This document shows, one piece after another, positions 1-11,858 of a DNA stretch of 64,000 bases. Numbering within the stretch: the first letter of the stretch is position 1; the number at the start of each line of letters is the position of its first letter. The notes below the pieces were generated by a model. That model was not told the origin of the DNA and made no database searches. It was given only the letters and a program-made list of their open reading frames with translations. Location of the stretch: contig NC_086097.1 of the NCBI RefSeq assembly GCF_963921235.1, positions 241,306,001-241,370,000 on the forward strand, written 5' to 3'. The position numbers were made by a program, and so were the translations under genes. The stretch comes from Mobula hypostoma. Lineage: Eukaryota.

Positions 1-39
1 ACAAGAGAGCTTGGAAGCTAGGAACCTCATGGTGATTAA

Positions 40-540
40 TATAACTTGTAAGTCTGTAAAACCTATCCACCATCTACAATGCTCAACTCAGGAGTGCGAT
101 GGAATACTCTTTATTTTTGTAGATGAGGACAGCTTCAACAGCACTCAGGAAACTCGATGCCATAGAGGACTCAGCTTCCTGTTTGATAGTGACCCTATCT
201 ACAACCATTCAATCACTCCACACCAACGTACAGTAGCGAATGTTTGCATTCATCTACAGTATGCACTGCAGCAACTCACCAAGAATCCTTAACTATCACC
301 TTCTAAACCCACTGCCTCTATCAGCTGGAAGGACAAGGGCAGCAGAGGAATGGGAAGTCCATCGCCTTGAAGTTGCCCTACAAGCCATGTATAATCCTGA
401 TCTGGAAATATATCGTCATTCCTTCATCATCCATGGGTTAAAATCCTGGAAGTCTCTCCCTAGCAGCATTATAAGCGTACACACACTTGAAGAACTACAG
501 TGGATTAAGAAGGCAGCTCACCAGCACCTTCTCAAGAGGA
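40..540 (+). mobile_element. Decayed 3' end of an old non-LTR retrotransposon (clade uncertain, RTE-X or CR1/L2 group)
   Basis: Broken coding remnant (IYSMHCSNSPR..., KSWKSLPSSI..., KKAAHQHLLK) resembling the C-terminus of LINE ORF2; cut at 541 by the next element. Confidence 0.5.
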
Positions 541-750
541 CTTAACTTACTTACTTACTTGGGCCCCTAGCTCATAAATGGAGCATAGGCCATCGATGAC
601 CTCTGGTCTCCATCATCCTCTGGTCGATGGCAATGTTGGAGTTCATCAATGCTTCTGCAATCCATTCCATCCACTGTACAGGAGATCAGCCTATACAGCT
701 TCACCAGAGCTCTGTTGGTCAGCTTTACCCAGTTCTACTTCTCAAGACGG
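541..750 (-). mobile_element. Short non-autonomous RTE-tailed retroelement (family A)
   Basis: On the minus strand it ends ...ATCGATGGCCTATGCTCC...CCC(AAGT)n, an RTE-type 3' end with a tetranucleotide tail; it aligns by eye to 37318-37505. Confidence 0.6.
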
Positions 751-1189
751 CGACGTAGGGTGGGATTTTGAGAGGCTAGGGAAGTTAATAAAGGGCTACA
801 AAACTGCACTTCTTGAATGAATTAAAAAAAATATATCATTACTGTCTATGCTCTGCCATTGAGATACTTTTTCAGTCCAGTTTGCCACTTTCCTTTGCAT
901 TGATCATTGTCCTTTGTCGTATTCCATTGACTGACAGTCCAGAAGACTATAAGACATAGGAGCAGAATTAAAGTTTTGGTAGATCATTGGTGTAGAATAT
1001 AAGCGTAAAAAGCTTGGGCAATGATCTCCTAGGCATCAGGTTGCACCAGCTCCATACACAAGGACCTGCTTGTCTCATTTGATGGAGCTAACACGCCAAT
1101 CCACTTCAGTAACCGTACACCCATCATATACTTCTCAAGCTTTTGGCAGGAATTTATTTCTGGTACTGTTTCAAAACCTTACCAAAGTC

Positions 1190-1470
1190 TAAATAAACAA
1201 TGGCAACAAAGTCCCCTTTATCCAGAAGCCCTATTGCCTTCTCAAAGAATTCAAACAGATTTTTTAAGCATAATTTTATACCTTGTTGCTATTTTGATGA
1301 CTTCACGCCTCTCCAGGTCTACAATAGATTGCTTCAAGCCTCTACTTTCCACCACAGTTTTTGTTTGCTCTATACAGTCTGAATCGGGATTTCCACCAGG
1401 GCTCTCTCAATTAACCACTGCAGATTTGGCAAAATATCAGACTGTTGCAGAAATCCCAGCTGATTTGCTC
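1190..1470 (-). mobile_element. Highly decayed CR1 RT fragment
   Basis: GCCTTCTCAAAGAATTCAAACAGATT and CTTTCCACCACAG resemble the antisense of the CR1 NLIEFFE and SVVGK motifs. Confidence 0.3.
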
Positions 1471-1996
1471 AGTGTCTTCTTCTTCCCAATTCCACTAATT
1501 CAAAGAGACAGAACGGAGTGTGACTATTTTCACGGGAATTTTTCAAGATGCTAACCATCCAAGCACAAGCTGTAAGTAAAAGTGCAGACAGCTGGAATGC
1601 TAGGATAAAAATTTTCCACAATGTGTCAGCATGTAGCTGTAAGGAAGGACTGATCTGGGAAAAAACACTTAACAAGAAGTACCTTTTTGCAGATTTGATC
1701 CTATATTTGAGATTTGGTCTGTGTTGGCCCTGACGGAATTAAAACTTGGAAGAAACCATCAAACTGAAATGGATCAAGCGCCGTGGAAGTAGACAAACTA
1801 ATTGTCTTTGTTCTTGCCATGTGCTTGAAGGAAGGAAGGCTGCCATTTTGAGAAGCTGCTCTGTAACCTCCATTTTGTGAACTGTTTGATGGACTGATTC
1901 TTGCTCTGGGATAACTTAATCAGAGCAATTGAACATGGACACAAGGTGTTTCTGCTATTGATCTGCTAAACGTGAGATCATTCTCAGATACTTATC

Positions 1997-2405
1997 CGTG
2001 GATTGTCACCTTGTCGGGGTGGAGAAGCTTGTGTGGTCCTGTGATCCCGAGAACGATGCCATCTGGAGCTATGCTCCTGGTAGGGTCACCCATGTTGGTA
2101 AGGTTGAGGGTGAGGTCCCTGACAAAGAACAATCCAACCAAGACCCCAATGGTGGAACAGGCGGACAAAGTTATTTCGAACTCAACGGCTGTGAAGGCGG
2201 ATGAAGGCTGCAACAAATCCATCAGCTCCAATCATCGTGGTTTCCATGCCATTGGAATCAGTTGGTTAATTTATGAAGTATCGTGTGTTTCTTGGAGTGC
2301 AACATCAAGTACACGTTAAACAAATACACGCACAGGCGTCTTCTCTCTGTAGGCCACTTCTTCAGAACAAAGACCATCATCCTCAACCTCGAGGGATAGC
2401 CACCC
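1997..2405 (+). mobile_element. Non-autonomous RTE-derived element (family B; RTE/Expander/BovB-like 5' UTR joined to a short 3' end)
   Basis: The 5' part GGATTGTCACCTTGTCGGGGTGG...GGTAGGGTCACCCATG...CCTGACAAAG resembles RTE-clade 5' UTRs; no RT ORF; relatively CpG-rich. Confidence 0.6.
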
Positions 2406-3139
2406 ACTCCCAGATAAGCTGTTTATTGTGCACAGTGGGAGGTTTGCCCAGTAATCTCATTATCTCAGTGTCTGGGTGGCCCAGTTTGACAGGGTTGAAC
2501 CAGAATCAGATAGAACAAAAGAAGTCACCTAAGGCAAGAAGGCTTCCTTTAAACCTTGCCCAAGACACAAGACTCCGGCATCATCCTCCAGCAGCATCAA
2601 GTGAGAGGGAGGGAGGAACCAGTCAAATGCAAATGGACAGCGCTGATCACTCACTTGCCTTCCGCTCTCATCCCCAATGATTTCAATCTTGCTCAATGCT
2701 TTAATCGGTGAGAACAGTGAGAAATGAAGTCGATCATGGCTCGCTCCCTCTCTCCAGGCTTCCTGTCCTCCAGATTTCACACTCCGCTCCAAGCCTCACA
2801 AAAATCCCTCAAAGACAGAAAATCCTCATATCCTTCGTTCCACCAGAAAACACACCATCAAAATATAAATCACAGGTTTCAATAGTAGCAGAATCATATT
2901 GGAAAGAAGGAGAATGAGTAAATGAAGTAGTTTCATAAACTATCTGATGGATGTCACCTTTAATTGCATTGTTTACTGGTGCCTACTTCTCCAGCATCTT
3001 CCCATGTTGCACAGCCTTGAATTGTATGACCACTTTGTGGGACATCCGTCCTAGATTAAGTACCAATCTCCAATTGTGTAAATTCATCAGGTAAAGTTCT
3101 TTTTCGGTGATGGATATTAGTGAACTGGATAAGTTTCAA

Positions 3140-3862
3140 TTGTTGACTTCAGGAAAGGGAAGTTGAGGGAACACTCAGTAGTCCTCATTGGGGTGTCAAC
3201 AGTGGAATGGGTGAGCAGTTTCAATTCCTGGGTGTCAACATCTCTGAAGATCTATCCCATGCCCAACATGTTAGCAGAATTACAAAGAAGGTCCTTTTCC
3301 AGCTACCGTATATTTCTTTGCAAGTCGGAGGAGAAATGGTACGTCACCAAAAGACTCTAGCAAATTTCTACATATGTATCGTGAAGCACATTCTGACTGG
3401 TTGCACCTCCATCTGGTGTGGAGGGGCCTCTGCACAGGACCATAAAAAGCTGCAGCAAGTTGTAAACACGGCCAGCTCATCATGGGCACCAGCCTCCCCA
3501 GCAATGAGGACATCTTAAAAAGTCAATGCCTCAAAAAGGCAGCATCCATCATTAAGGACCCCCATCACTCAGGACATGTCCTCTTCTCATCAGAGAAGAG
3601 GTAGAGGAGCCTGAAGACATGTACCCAATGCTTTAGGAGCAGCTTTTTCCCCTCTGCCATCAGATTTCTGAACGGACAATGAATTCCATGATCACTACCT
3701 CACTATTTTTTCCTCTCTTTCTGGACTCATTATTTAATTTTTTTTTTAAATATATGTTTCTTTTTGTAATTTATAGTATTTTATGTATTGCACTATACTG
3801 ATGCTGCAAAACAGCAAATTTTATGACATATGTTAGTGATAACAAGCCTGATTCTGATTCTG
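3140..3862 (+). mobile_element. Rex1/Babar-type LINE 3' fragment
   Basis: FQFLGVNISEDLS...LANFY...ILTGCTSIW remnant, then a T-rich 3' UTR and a (GATTCT)n tail. Confidence 0.8.
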
Positions 3863-4234
3863 AAAATCCAAATCTTCAATTCTCTATCTGCCATTGTATT
3901 CGCATCTGGATTATTACTGCAGTTCTCTGGATTTCAGGTCCACTAGTTCAACTACTGCACCATCATTCCCCATGTCATTTCACGATGCCCCTTCCTGATT
4001 TTAATTTTTTCCACCATTCTTTTGTTTTGGTGGATTTAGTTCTGCTTTCTGAAGGAAAAGGCAACAACTACATAGGTAATCGCAATGATATTCATAGGAA
4101 TGCGAACACTGGAACTTCCAGAAGACTAAGTAATTTGGAACAGCTTGTTCATTTACAACATCCTGACCACAAACAATATTTAATCTGCAATAATGAGACT
4201 CATTCTAAAATCCAGTGCACCAATGGATAAGGGT

Positions 4235-4850
4235 ATAAGACCATAAAGCACAGGAGAAGAATTAAGCCATTTGGCCCATCATGTCTGATTTATATTCCCT
4301 AACAACCTCTTTCTCATGCTTTCACTTCGAAACCTTTGTCACTCTTACTTCTCAAGAAACTATCAACCACTGCTTTAAATTTACCTAATGACTTGGCCTC
4401 CATAGCTATCTGTGGCAATGAATTCCATAGATTCACTGCCCTATGGTTAAAGAAATTCCTCCTCATCTCTGCTCTAAAGGGATCTACATCTATTCTAATT
4501 CTGTGCCTTGTAGTCCTAGGCTCCCCATCTAGAGTAAACAACATCTCCACATCCACTCTTTCTGGGTCTTTCGATATTCAATAGATTTCAATGAGATCCG
4601 TCCCCCAATTTTTAACCTTCAGTGAGTACAGGGCCAGAGCTATCAAGTGCACATTAACACGTTCATTCCTAGGATCATTCTTGTCTTCCTCTCCTCTGGA
4701 ACTTCTCCGGTGCCAGCACATCCTTTCTTAGATAAGGAACCCAAAGCTGCTCACAATAAATACACCAAGATGGGTCTGACCAATGCCTTATAAACACTTA
4801 GCATTATATCCCTTGTTTTTGTATTCCAGTCCTCTTGAAATGAGTGCTGT
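4235..4850 (-). mobile_element. CR1 LINE 3' fragment
   Basis: Minus ORF 4314-4556 RRNFFNHRAVNLWNSLP; octamer tail (TATGGTCT-type). Confidence 0.85.
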
Positions 4851-5195
4851 CATGCCATGAGTTTCCCCCTTATTCTTCTCAACCACAACCGGCCTCATAG
4901 CTGCACCCTTGTGATCATCACAATTCCATCAATAGTGTTGGGATGATGGGGTGAGGCAAGGCCTTTGAAATATTCCAGGCCATTTATCACTGAAGAGAGA
5001 TCAGTGTCCTGTGTGGCACTGTAAAATATACGTTACCTACAATGTTCTACATGTTTTACAACGGCTGCTTCTGCATTCACGCCTTGGTCTCTAAGATGTG
5101 GCCCAGATGTAGAATGGGATGTCTTGTTCAAAACAGTCTCATGTGGTTAGGTTCCATCTGTGGGATTTATTGTTCATTTCTAATAGTCCTTAAAC

Positions 5196-5512
5196 TAAAG
5201 ATAAAGACATTAAAGACTAGCTTTATTTGTCATGTGTACATATGTTGGAACATACAGTGAAATGCAATGAATAACACAGTGCTGAGGGCAGTCTGCAAGT
5301 GTCGCCATGCTTCCAGTACCAGCATGGCATGGCCACAACTCTCTAACCCTAACTCATACATTTTCAGAACATGGGAAGAAGTCAGAGCACCCAGGAGAAA
5401 CCCATGTGGTCACGGGCAGAACACACCAAGTCCTTAGAGACAGTTGTGAGAATTGAACACCAATCTTTCAGTCTCTAGCATTGTAAAATGTAATGCTACC
5501 AAGCCATCCGTG
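5196..5512 (-). mobile_element. tRNA-derived SINE
   Basis: Antisense of the SINE at 12437-12815; shares the GTACATGACAAATAAAGCTA...TCTTT tail. Confidence 0.6.
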
Positions 5513-5704
5513 CTGAAGTTAAAGGTTCAACACCAAATTTATACTTAGCTCTGTGTGATTGGATAGGTTAAGACCTACAGGAAGTGTTTGAGGAAATGCT
5601 GTCATTGGTTTGTTCATGGGCCCTAGTAATCCTAGAGACCATGAACAAACTGCAATGCCAGAATTTATTGTGCATCTCTAATTATTCCCTAAACTAAGGA
5701 ACCA

Positions 5705-5800
5705 GTTAAGCGACCCACATGTACAAAATGCTGAAGGAACTCAGAAGGTCAGTCAGCATCTATGGAGAGGAATAAACATTTCAGGCTGATACCCTTGATT
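5705..5800 (-). mobile_element. Penelope-like terminal-repeat remnant
   Basis: AAAATGCTGAAGGAACTCAG...CAGCATCTATGGA...ATTTCAGGCTGATACCCTT matches the terminus seen at 51160-51250 and 38700-38780. Confidence 0.55.
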
Positions 5801-6214
5801 AATTATGAGTCAACCAATTAGAAGATTTGGATTCACACATACATCAAACTGGCTAAGAATATAGATTACCCTGTCTGTAGGATGTGAGTGAAACATCTGG
5901 GTTTTCAGAATTGCCGAGACTTTTTTTTGTAATTCCAGATATTTCGATTTCCTAGCTGCTATACTGAGATTCCAACCCACATTTCCAGATCCATAACCCA
6001 CCTACTGTCTGCCTGTGCAGTAACTAAATGGCCCAAAACCAACATGATCATCTTCAGTCTGCATCAACTTTGATGGTGAAAGAGGTCTACTGAAAATCTC
6101 AAAGTTTTCCAGCAAAGGATCAGATTATTTCACACCAAAATGCTCTTACCAGTCCTCATTTGCACATATGTACAAAAGGGCATCTGTTTTAAAACAATAT
6201 TTTTCGATTATGAG

Positions 6215-6800
6215 GCCATAAGACCATAAGACATCAGAGAAGAATTTGGTCATTTTGCACTTCGAGTCTGCTCTGCCATTCCATCATTGTCGTTTTTTGT
6301 TGCATGTTGTGTCAATGCACCACACACGTTTCCTAATATCTGTCAGTGTACAAGGTGAATAAGATTAATCCTTGATTTATTTTCCCTCTCACTCCCATTC
6401 GCCTGCCTTCTCTCCGCAACCTTTGACATCCTGACTAAACAAGACTGTATCAACCTCAGTTTTAAATATACCCAATGACTTGGTTTCTACTATTGTTTGT
6501 GGAAATAAATTCCATAGATTCACCAATATCTGGCTAAAGAAATTCCTCTTCATTTCCATTCTAAAGGGACATCTTTCTATTCTGAGGCAGTGTGCTCTGG
6601 TCCTAGATTCCCCTACTATTTGAAACATCCTCTTCATATTCACTCTACCTAGGACTTCTGATATTTGGTAGATTTCAAAGAGACCTCCCCTCATTCTTCT
6701 AAACTCCAGCAATTATAGATCTAGAGCCTTCAAACACTCCTCATACAGTAACCCTTTCATTCCTGGGATCTTTCTTGTAAACCTCCTCTTGTCTCTCTAC
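6215..6800 (-). mobile_element. CR1 LINE 3' fragment
   Basis: Minus ORF 6389-6712 LEFRRMRGGLFEIY...RNFFSQILVNLWNLFP; (AGACCATA)n tail. Confidence 0.85.
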
Positions 6801-7149
6801 AATCCCTCTCCAATGTTTTAAAAAACAGGTTTGCATTCCTTTCTCTCTCAGACCCACTGTAACATTGTTGCTTGTGTAGTCACCATCATAAACCACCTCT
6901 GAATATCAGTGAAATTCTTCAGGTCCAATTTCAAAGCAGCTTTGAGCATTGGTTTTGACTAAATTGATTGTTTCATGCCTGAAAACAGACCTAATTGAAT
7001 TTTTACCTTCGACTATCCATTACCGTTCTTCGAATTGATTGCCTCTGGCACTAAGCACCACTCTACATGGTTACAAAATACATAAATACATAGGCATCAA
7101 AAAATTAATTTGGGTATAGAGCAAAAATCTATTACTGAATTCACATGGA

Positions 7150-7748
7150 TCTATCCTGGGCCCAACATATTGATGCAATTATAAAGAAGGCATGACAGCG
7201 GCTGTATTTCATTAGGAGTGTGAGGAGAAATGGTATGTCACCAAAGACGCTTGCAAGTTTCTACAGATGTACCGTGAGGAGCATTCTAACTGATTGCATC
7301 ACCGTCTGGTATTGCGGGGAGGTGGGGGGGGGCCTACTGCACAGGATCAGAAAAATCTGTGGAAGATTGTGAACTCAGTCAGCCCCATCATGGGCATTAG
7401 CCTCCCCAGCACCCTAAAAAAGGCGTCATCCATCACTGAGGACCCCCATGGCCCAAGACATGCCCTCTTCTCATTGCTACCATCAAGGAGGAGGTACAGG
7501 AGCCTGAAGACACACGCTCAACATTTCAGAAACAGCTTCTGCCCCTCCACCATCTGATTTTTGAAAAGAACAATGAACCCAACAGCACTTCCTCAGTATT
7601 CTTTCCCATTCTTTTTGCACTGCTTACTTAAATATCTGCTTCTTATTGCAATTTGGTTTCATTACCATGCATTGCAACGTACTGTTGCCACAAAACAACA
7701 AATTTCACAAAACATGCTGATGATATTGAACCCTGATCCTGATTCTGA
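7150..7748 (+). mobile_element. Rex1/Babar-type LINE 3' fragment
   Basis: HALFSLLPSRRRYRSLKTHAQHFRNSF motif; GATTCT tail. Confidence 0.8.
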
Positions 7749-8524
7749 CATGTGAAACTGGCCCCTCAGACTCAGTAGCCTTGCGAACGGAGCAGTACAC
7801 AGCCCCGGTGCAAATCTGGCTCTGAACACCACTCCTATCAGACCGATGCATATTTTGGGTTGGGTGTAATCTGAGAAAGGACTTTCAGCCCGAACACCTG
7901 CGGAAGGTCACTAGCTTATAACCCTTGACATTTGTGTATTTTTTTCTCCGAAGTGTGTCCCTGGGGGTCAAGCCAAGCTCGCACCACAGAATGTTTCTAT
8001 TTGTCATCTTGGTATCCATCAGGAAATGTCTTTTGTGATGTGCTCATTTGCTCGAAATGAAATGTAACTCGTGGTGCCCAGGATACATCAAAAAATAGAT
8101 TCAGATACATTTGAATATTTGTGCCCATCTGAAAGAAAACCATGCACTCCACCATTGCGGGGATTATTTGCCACATCAAGATTGACACATGGTGTTTTAC
8201 TCACACAAAAGTTTCAGCCCAGATCAGCATTCAGTCCAGACACAACATGGATGCCGTGCATTTTTAAAAAGGAATCCTTCCATGAATTTCTTACTTTTTT
8301 TTTAAAACAAATGCACGGAAAGTAATTCTGACTTTTGAGATGCTCTGCCAGACAAGAAATTTATAGTCTCTCCCCCCACCACCTCCCCCCACTGTTATTT
8401 CAGCTGCACTGGAGTAATGACTGGTGTTAAACAAACTGTCACTCACTATCCCAAATGTCAGCACTATCGTGCAATGTCAACCTGATTCCCTTGTCTTTGG
8501 TTGTGTCTCTTGACAAGTTAGATG

Positions 8525-9635
8525 CCACATTATATGTCACTGACTTGGATGATGTCTTTGTGGTCCAGTTTGTGGCCAATTCCAAGATAGGTGGAGGAGT
8601 AGGAAGTGCTGAGGAAGCAGGGAGGCTGCAGAAGGACTTGGACCATTTAGGAATATCTGCAAAAAAAGTAGTAGATGCTGTAGGAAATTATATGGTTGTG
8701 CACTTTGGTAAAAGGAATAGAAGCATAGTCTATTTTCTAAACGGGGACTAAATTCATGAAAGGAAGGTGCAAATTGACCTTAGAATCCTAGTGTAGAATT
8801 CCCTAAAAGTAAACCTCCAGGTTAAGGCAGTAGTTCATTCATCATGTGCTGTGTCATATGACATGGACGATCATGGTCTTTCCATGACCATGATTGTTCT
8901 TGGCAAATTTTTAGAAGTGGTTTGCCATTGCCTTCTTCTGGGCAGTGTCTTTACAGGACGGGTGACTCCAGCCATTATCAATACTCTTCAGAGATTGTCT
9001 GCCTGACCTCAGTGGTAGCATAACCAGGACTTGTGATATGCATCAGCTGCTCCTACGACCATCCACCACCTACTCCCATGGCTTCACGTGGCCTTGACTG
9101 GGAGGCAAAGCAGGTGCTACACCCTGTCCAAGGGTGATCTGCAGAGTAGCAGAGGAAAGGACATCCTTTGTTAGAGACATACAGTATGTCCACCCCACCA
9201 CCCTGAGTCTGTAGTAAGGAAGGCAAATGCAAAGTTAGTATTTATTTCTAGATGACTAGAATGTAAAAGCAAGCATATAATGCTGACGCTTAATAAGGCA
9301 TTGGTGAGATCACACTTGGAGTTTTGTGAGCAGTTTTGAGCCCTTTATCTAACGTGCTGGTATTGGAGATGGATAAGGGGAGATTCACGAGAATGATCCT
9401 GGGAATAAGAGGTTAATGTATGAGCAGCATTTAATGGCTATGCACCAACTCATCGGGAATATTTGAAGTGGAGTTTGATGTGTTCTTGATTGGTAAGGGT
9501 GTCAAAGGTAGTAAGCAGAAGGCAGGAGAATTGGGTTGAGAGAAATAATAAATCAGCCATGATGGAATGGCAGAGTAGACTCGATGGGCAAAATGGCCTC
9601 ACTTTGGTCCTATGACTTATGGATTTATGGTCTTA
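8525..9635 (+). mobile_element. Decayed CR1 (RT C-terminus to 3' tail), interrupted at 8833-9202
   Basis: QFVANSKIGGGV...RLQKDLDHL remnant of the FADDTK region; CR1 3' UTR and (TTATGG..) tail. Confidence 0.8.
8833..9202 (-). mobile_element. Short RTE-related SINE-like element (family C)
   Basis: Reverse complement of 10891-11255; contains the BovB/RTE-like AGAAGGCAATGGCAAACCACTTC motif; splits a CR1. Confidence 0.75.
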
Positions 9636-9764
9636 GTGTAAGAGTGTGATGAAAGGGAGGTAGAAGTTGAGGATTCAGACAGGAGTATTACACATTGAGA
9701 AAACACACAAGGAGTTTCGGAAAGGAATTAATGGGCTGGAATCGTATACAGCCTGAAGCCCAAT

Positions 9765-10335
9765 TATTCTGAATCAGGTTTATTATCACAGACATGCTGT
9801 ACATCATGAGATTTTTTTGTTTTGTGGCAGCAGTACAGTACAAGACAGAAAAAAATACTGCAAGTTACAATAAAAAATAAAATAAATATACAGTACAGTG
9901 CAAAAGAAGAATAGTGTGGTAGTGTTCATGGACCGTTCATAAATCTGATGGTGGAGGCGAAGAAACTGTTCCTAAAATGATGAATGTGGGTCTCCAAGTT
10001 CATCTGCTTCCTGTACCTCTTCCCTAATGGTACTTGGGAGAAGAGGGCATGTCCCAGATGATGAGGGTCCTTAATGATGGATGCCATCTTCTTAAGGCAC
10101 AGCCTTTTGAAAACGTCCTCAATGGAGAGAAGGGTTGTGCCCGGGATGGAGCCGGTTGACTCTGTAACCCTCTGCAGCCTGTTTTTGATCTTGCACATTG
10201 GAGCCTCCAAACCAGGAGATGATGCAACCATTCAGAAGGCTCTCTACAGTAAACCTGCAGAGATTTTATTTCATAATAAATCCCCTCAAACTCCTCATGA
10301 AATATACCCTCTGGACTGTCTTCTTCATTATTGTC
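9765..10335 (-). mobile_element. Rex1/Babar-type LINE 3' fragment
   Basis: Minus ORF 9926-10231 SIIKDPHHLGHALFSQVPLGKRYR...FRNSFF. Confidence 0.8.
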
Positions 10336-10344
10336 TCAATGTGA

Positions 10345-10890
10345 GAGAGTTCCACATCCCATTCCCATTCTGATATGTCTATCCACGGCCTCCTCTACTG
10401 TAAAGATGAAGCTACACTCAGGTTGGAGGAACAAAACCTTATATTCCGTCTGGGTAGCCTCCAACCTGATGGCACGAACATTGACTTCTCTAACTTCCAC
10501 TAATGCCCCACCTCCCCCTCGTACCCCATCCGTTATTTATTTATATACACACATTCTTTCTCTCTCTCTCCTTTTTCTCTGTTCCTCTGACTATACCCCT
10601 TGCCCATCCTCTGGGTTTCCCCCCCCCAGCTTTTCCTTCTCCCTGGGCCTCCTGTCCCATGATCCTCTCATATCCCTTTTGCCAATCACCTGTCCGACTC
10701 TTGGCTCCATCCCTCCCCCTCCTGTCTTCTCCTATCATTTCGGATCTCCCCCTCACCCTCCCACTTTCAAATCTCCTACTAGCTCTTCCTTCAGTTGGTC
10801 CTGACGAAGGGTCTTGGTCCGAAAAGTCGACTGTACCTCTTCCTAGAGATGCTTCCTGGCCTGCTGCGTTCACCAGCAACTTTGACGTAT
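10345..10890 (+). mobile_element. Penelope-like element 3' fragment (GIY-YIG C-terminus plus pyrimidine-rich terminal repeat)
   Basis: Encodes SHSHSDMSIHGLLYCKDEATLRLEEQNLIFRLGSLQPDGTNIDFSNFH*, followed by a C/T-rich tract and a hammerhead motif. Confidence 0.8.
10795..10834 (+). ncRNA. Minimal type-I hammerhead ribozyme motif (Penelope-associated; stem III mutated)
   Basis: GGTC-CTGACGA(10801-10807)-AGGGTCTTGGTCC-GAAA(10821-10824)-AGTC-GACT: both core boxes, a stem II, a GUC triplet and stem I pairing GGTC/GACT. Confidence 0.65.
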
Positions 10891-11255
10891 GTGGCAGGGT
10901 GGAGATATGTCTCTACCAAAGAAGGTGTAGGATGCTCCTTCCCTCCACTAGCTTGCAGGTCACCCTTGGGCATGGTGTTGCACTAATTTAGCCCCTGATC
11001 CGGGTCACTTAAAGCCATGGGAGCAGGTGGTGGATGGCCGTATGCTCAGCTGGTGCATATCACAAGTCCTGGTTATACGACCACTGATGCCAGTCCTACA
11101 ACAGTCTCTGAAGAGTATTGATAATGGCTGGGGTCACCCGTCTTGTAAAGACACTGCCCAGAAGAAAGCAATGGCAAACCACTTCTGCAGGAAAATTTGC
11201 CAAGAACAATCATGGTCATGGAAAGTCCATGATTGCCAACATCATACATAACAAA
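10891..11255 (+). mobile_element. Short RTE-related SINE-like element (family C)
   Basis: 5' hairpin GGTGGAGA/TCTCTACC; RTE-like GCAATGGCAAACCACTTC near the 3' end; homologous to 8833-9202. Confidence 0.75.
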
Positions 11256-11444
11256 CAAATGTTTAGTGTAAGACTTATTCTCTCACACTCCAGCAAACTA
11301 GCCAGCAATGAGTTTGAACTTGGTAGCAGAGGAGCCTTTCTACCAAGTTTGGAAACTTCAGCAATGATACTGTCTACTCCAGAAGCCTTCTTGTTCTCAA
11401 CTGGTATAATATATCTGTTATACTCTAATTGGGCTGCTGAGACT

Positions 11445-11590
11445 GGACTGGATAGTACAAGGCAGGGGCTTCAAAGGTTGCAGGAGAAGGCAGGAGAATG
11501 GGGTAGGGAGGGATAATAAATCAGCCATGATTAAATGGTGGAGCAGACTCGATGGACTGAATGTCCCTTGTTTTATAGGCTTATGGCTTT
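11445..11590 (+). mobile_element. CR1 3' tail fragment
   Basis: GAGAAGGCAGGAGAATGGGG...AAATCAGCCATGA...GAGCAGACTCGATGG conserved CR1 3' UTR. Confidence 0.7.
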
Positions 11591-11689
11591 GAAAATGCTT
11601 GTGAAACAACCATTAATTTGGCCAGATTGATGGGCCTAATTCTTCTATATCTTATATTATTATGAATTGTTGGATATAGTCAGAAGGAG

Positions 11690-11858
11690 ACACAAGAGAC
11701 TGAAGATGAAAGAATCTGAAGCAACACAATATCTGCTGGAGGAATGCAGTGAGGTCAAGCAACATCAGTGAACGTAAAGAAATTGTCAACATTTTGGTCT
11801 GGAGCATTGATAATTTCTTTCATCCCACTGAGTTCTCCAGCAGATTGTGATATGTGTC
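11690..11858. repeat. Decayed fold-back of Penelope-like termini
   Basis: ATCTGCTGGAGGAA ... TTCTCCAGCAGAT inverted arms; same layout as 38660-38885. Confidence 0.5.

Noticed and set aside
10331..10991. Overlapping Pro/Ser-rich ORFs (also 51360-51923)
   Set aside because: Stop-poor frames of the pyrimidine/purine-skewed Penelope terminal repeat.
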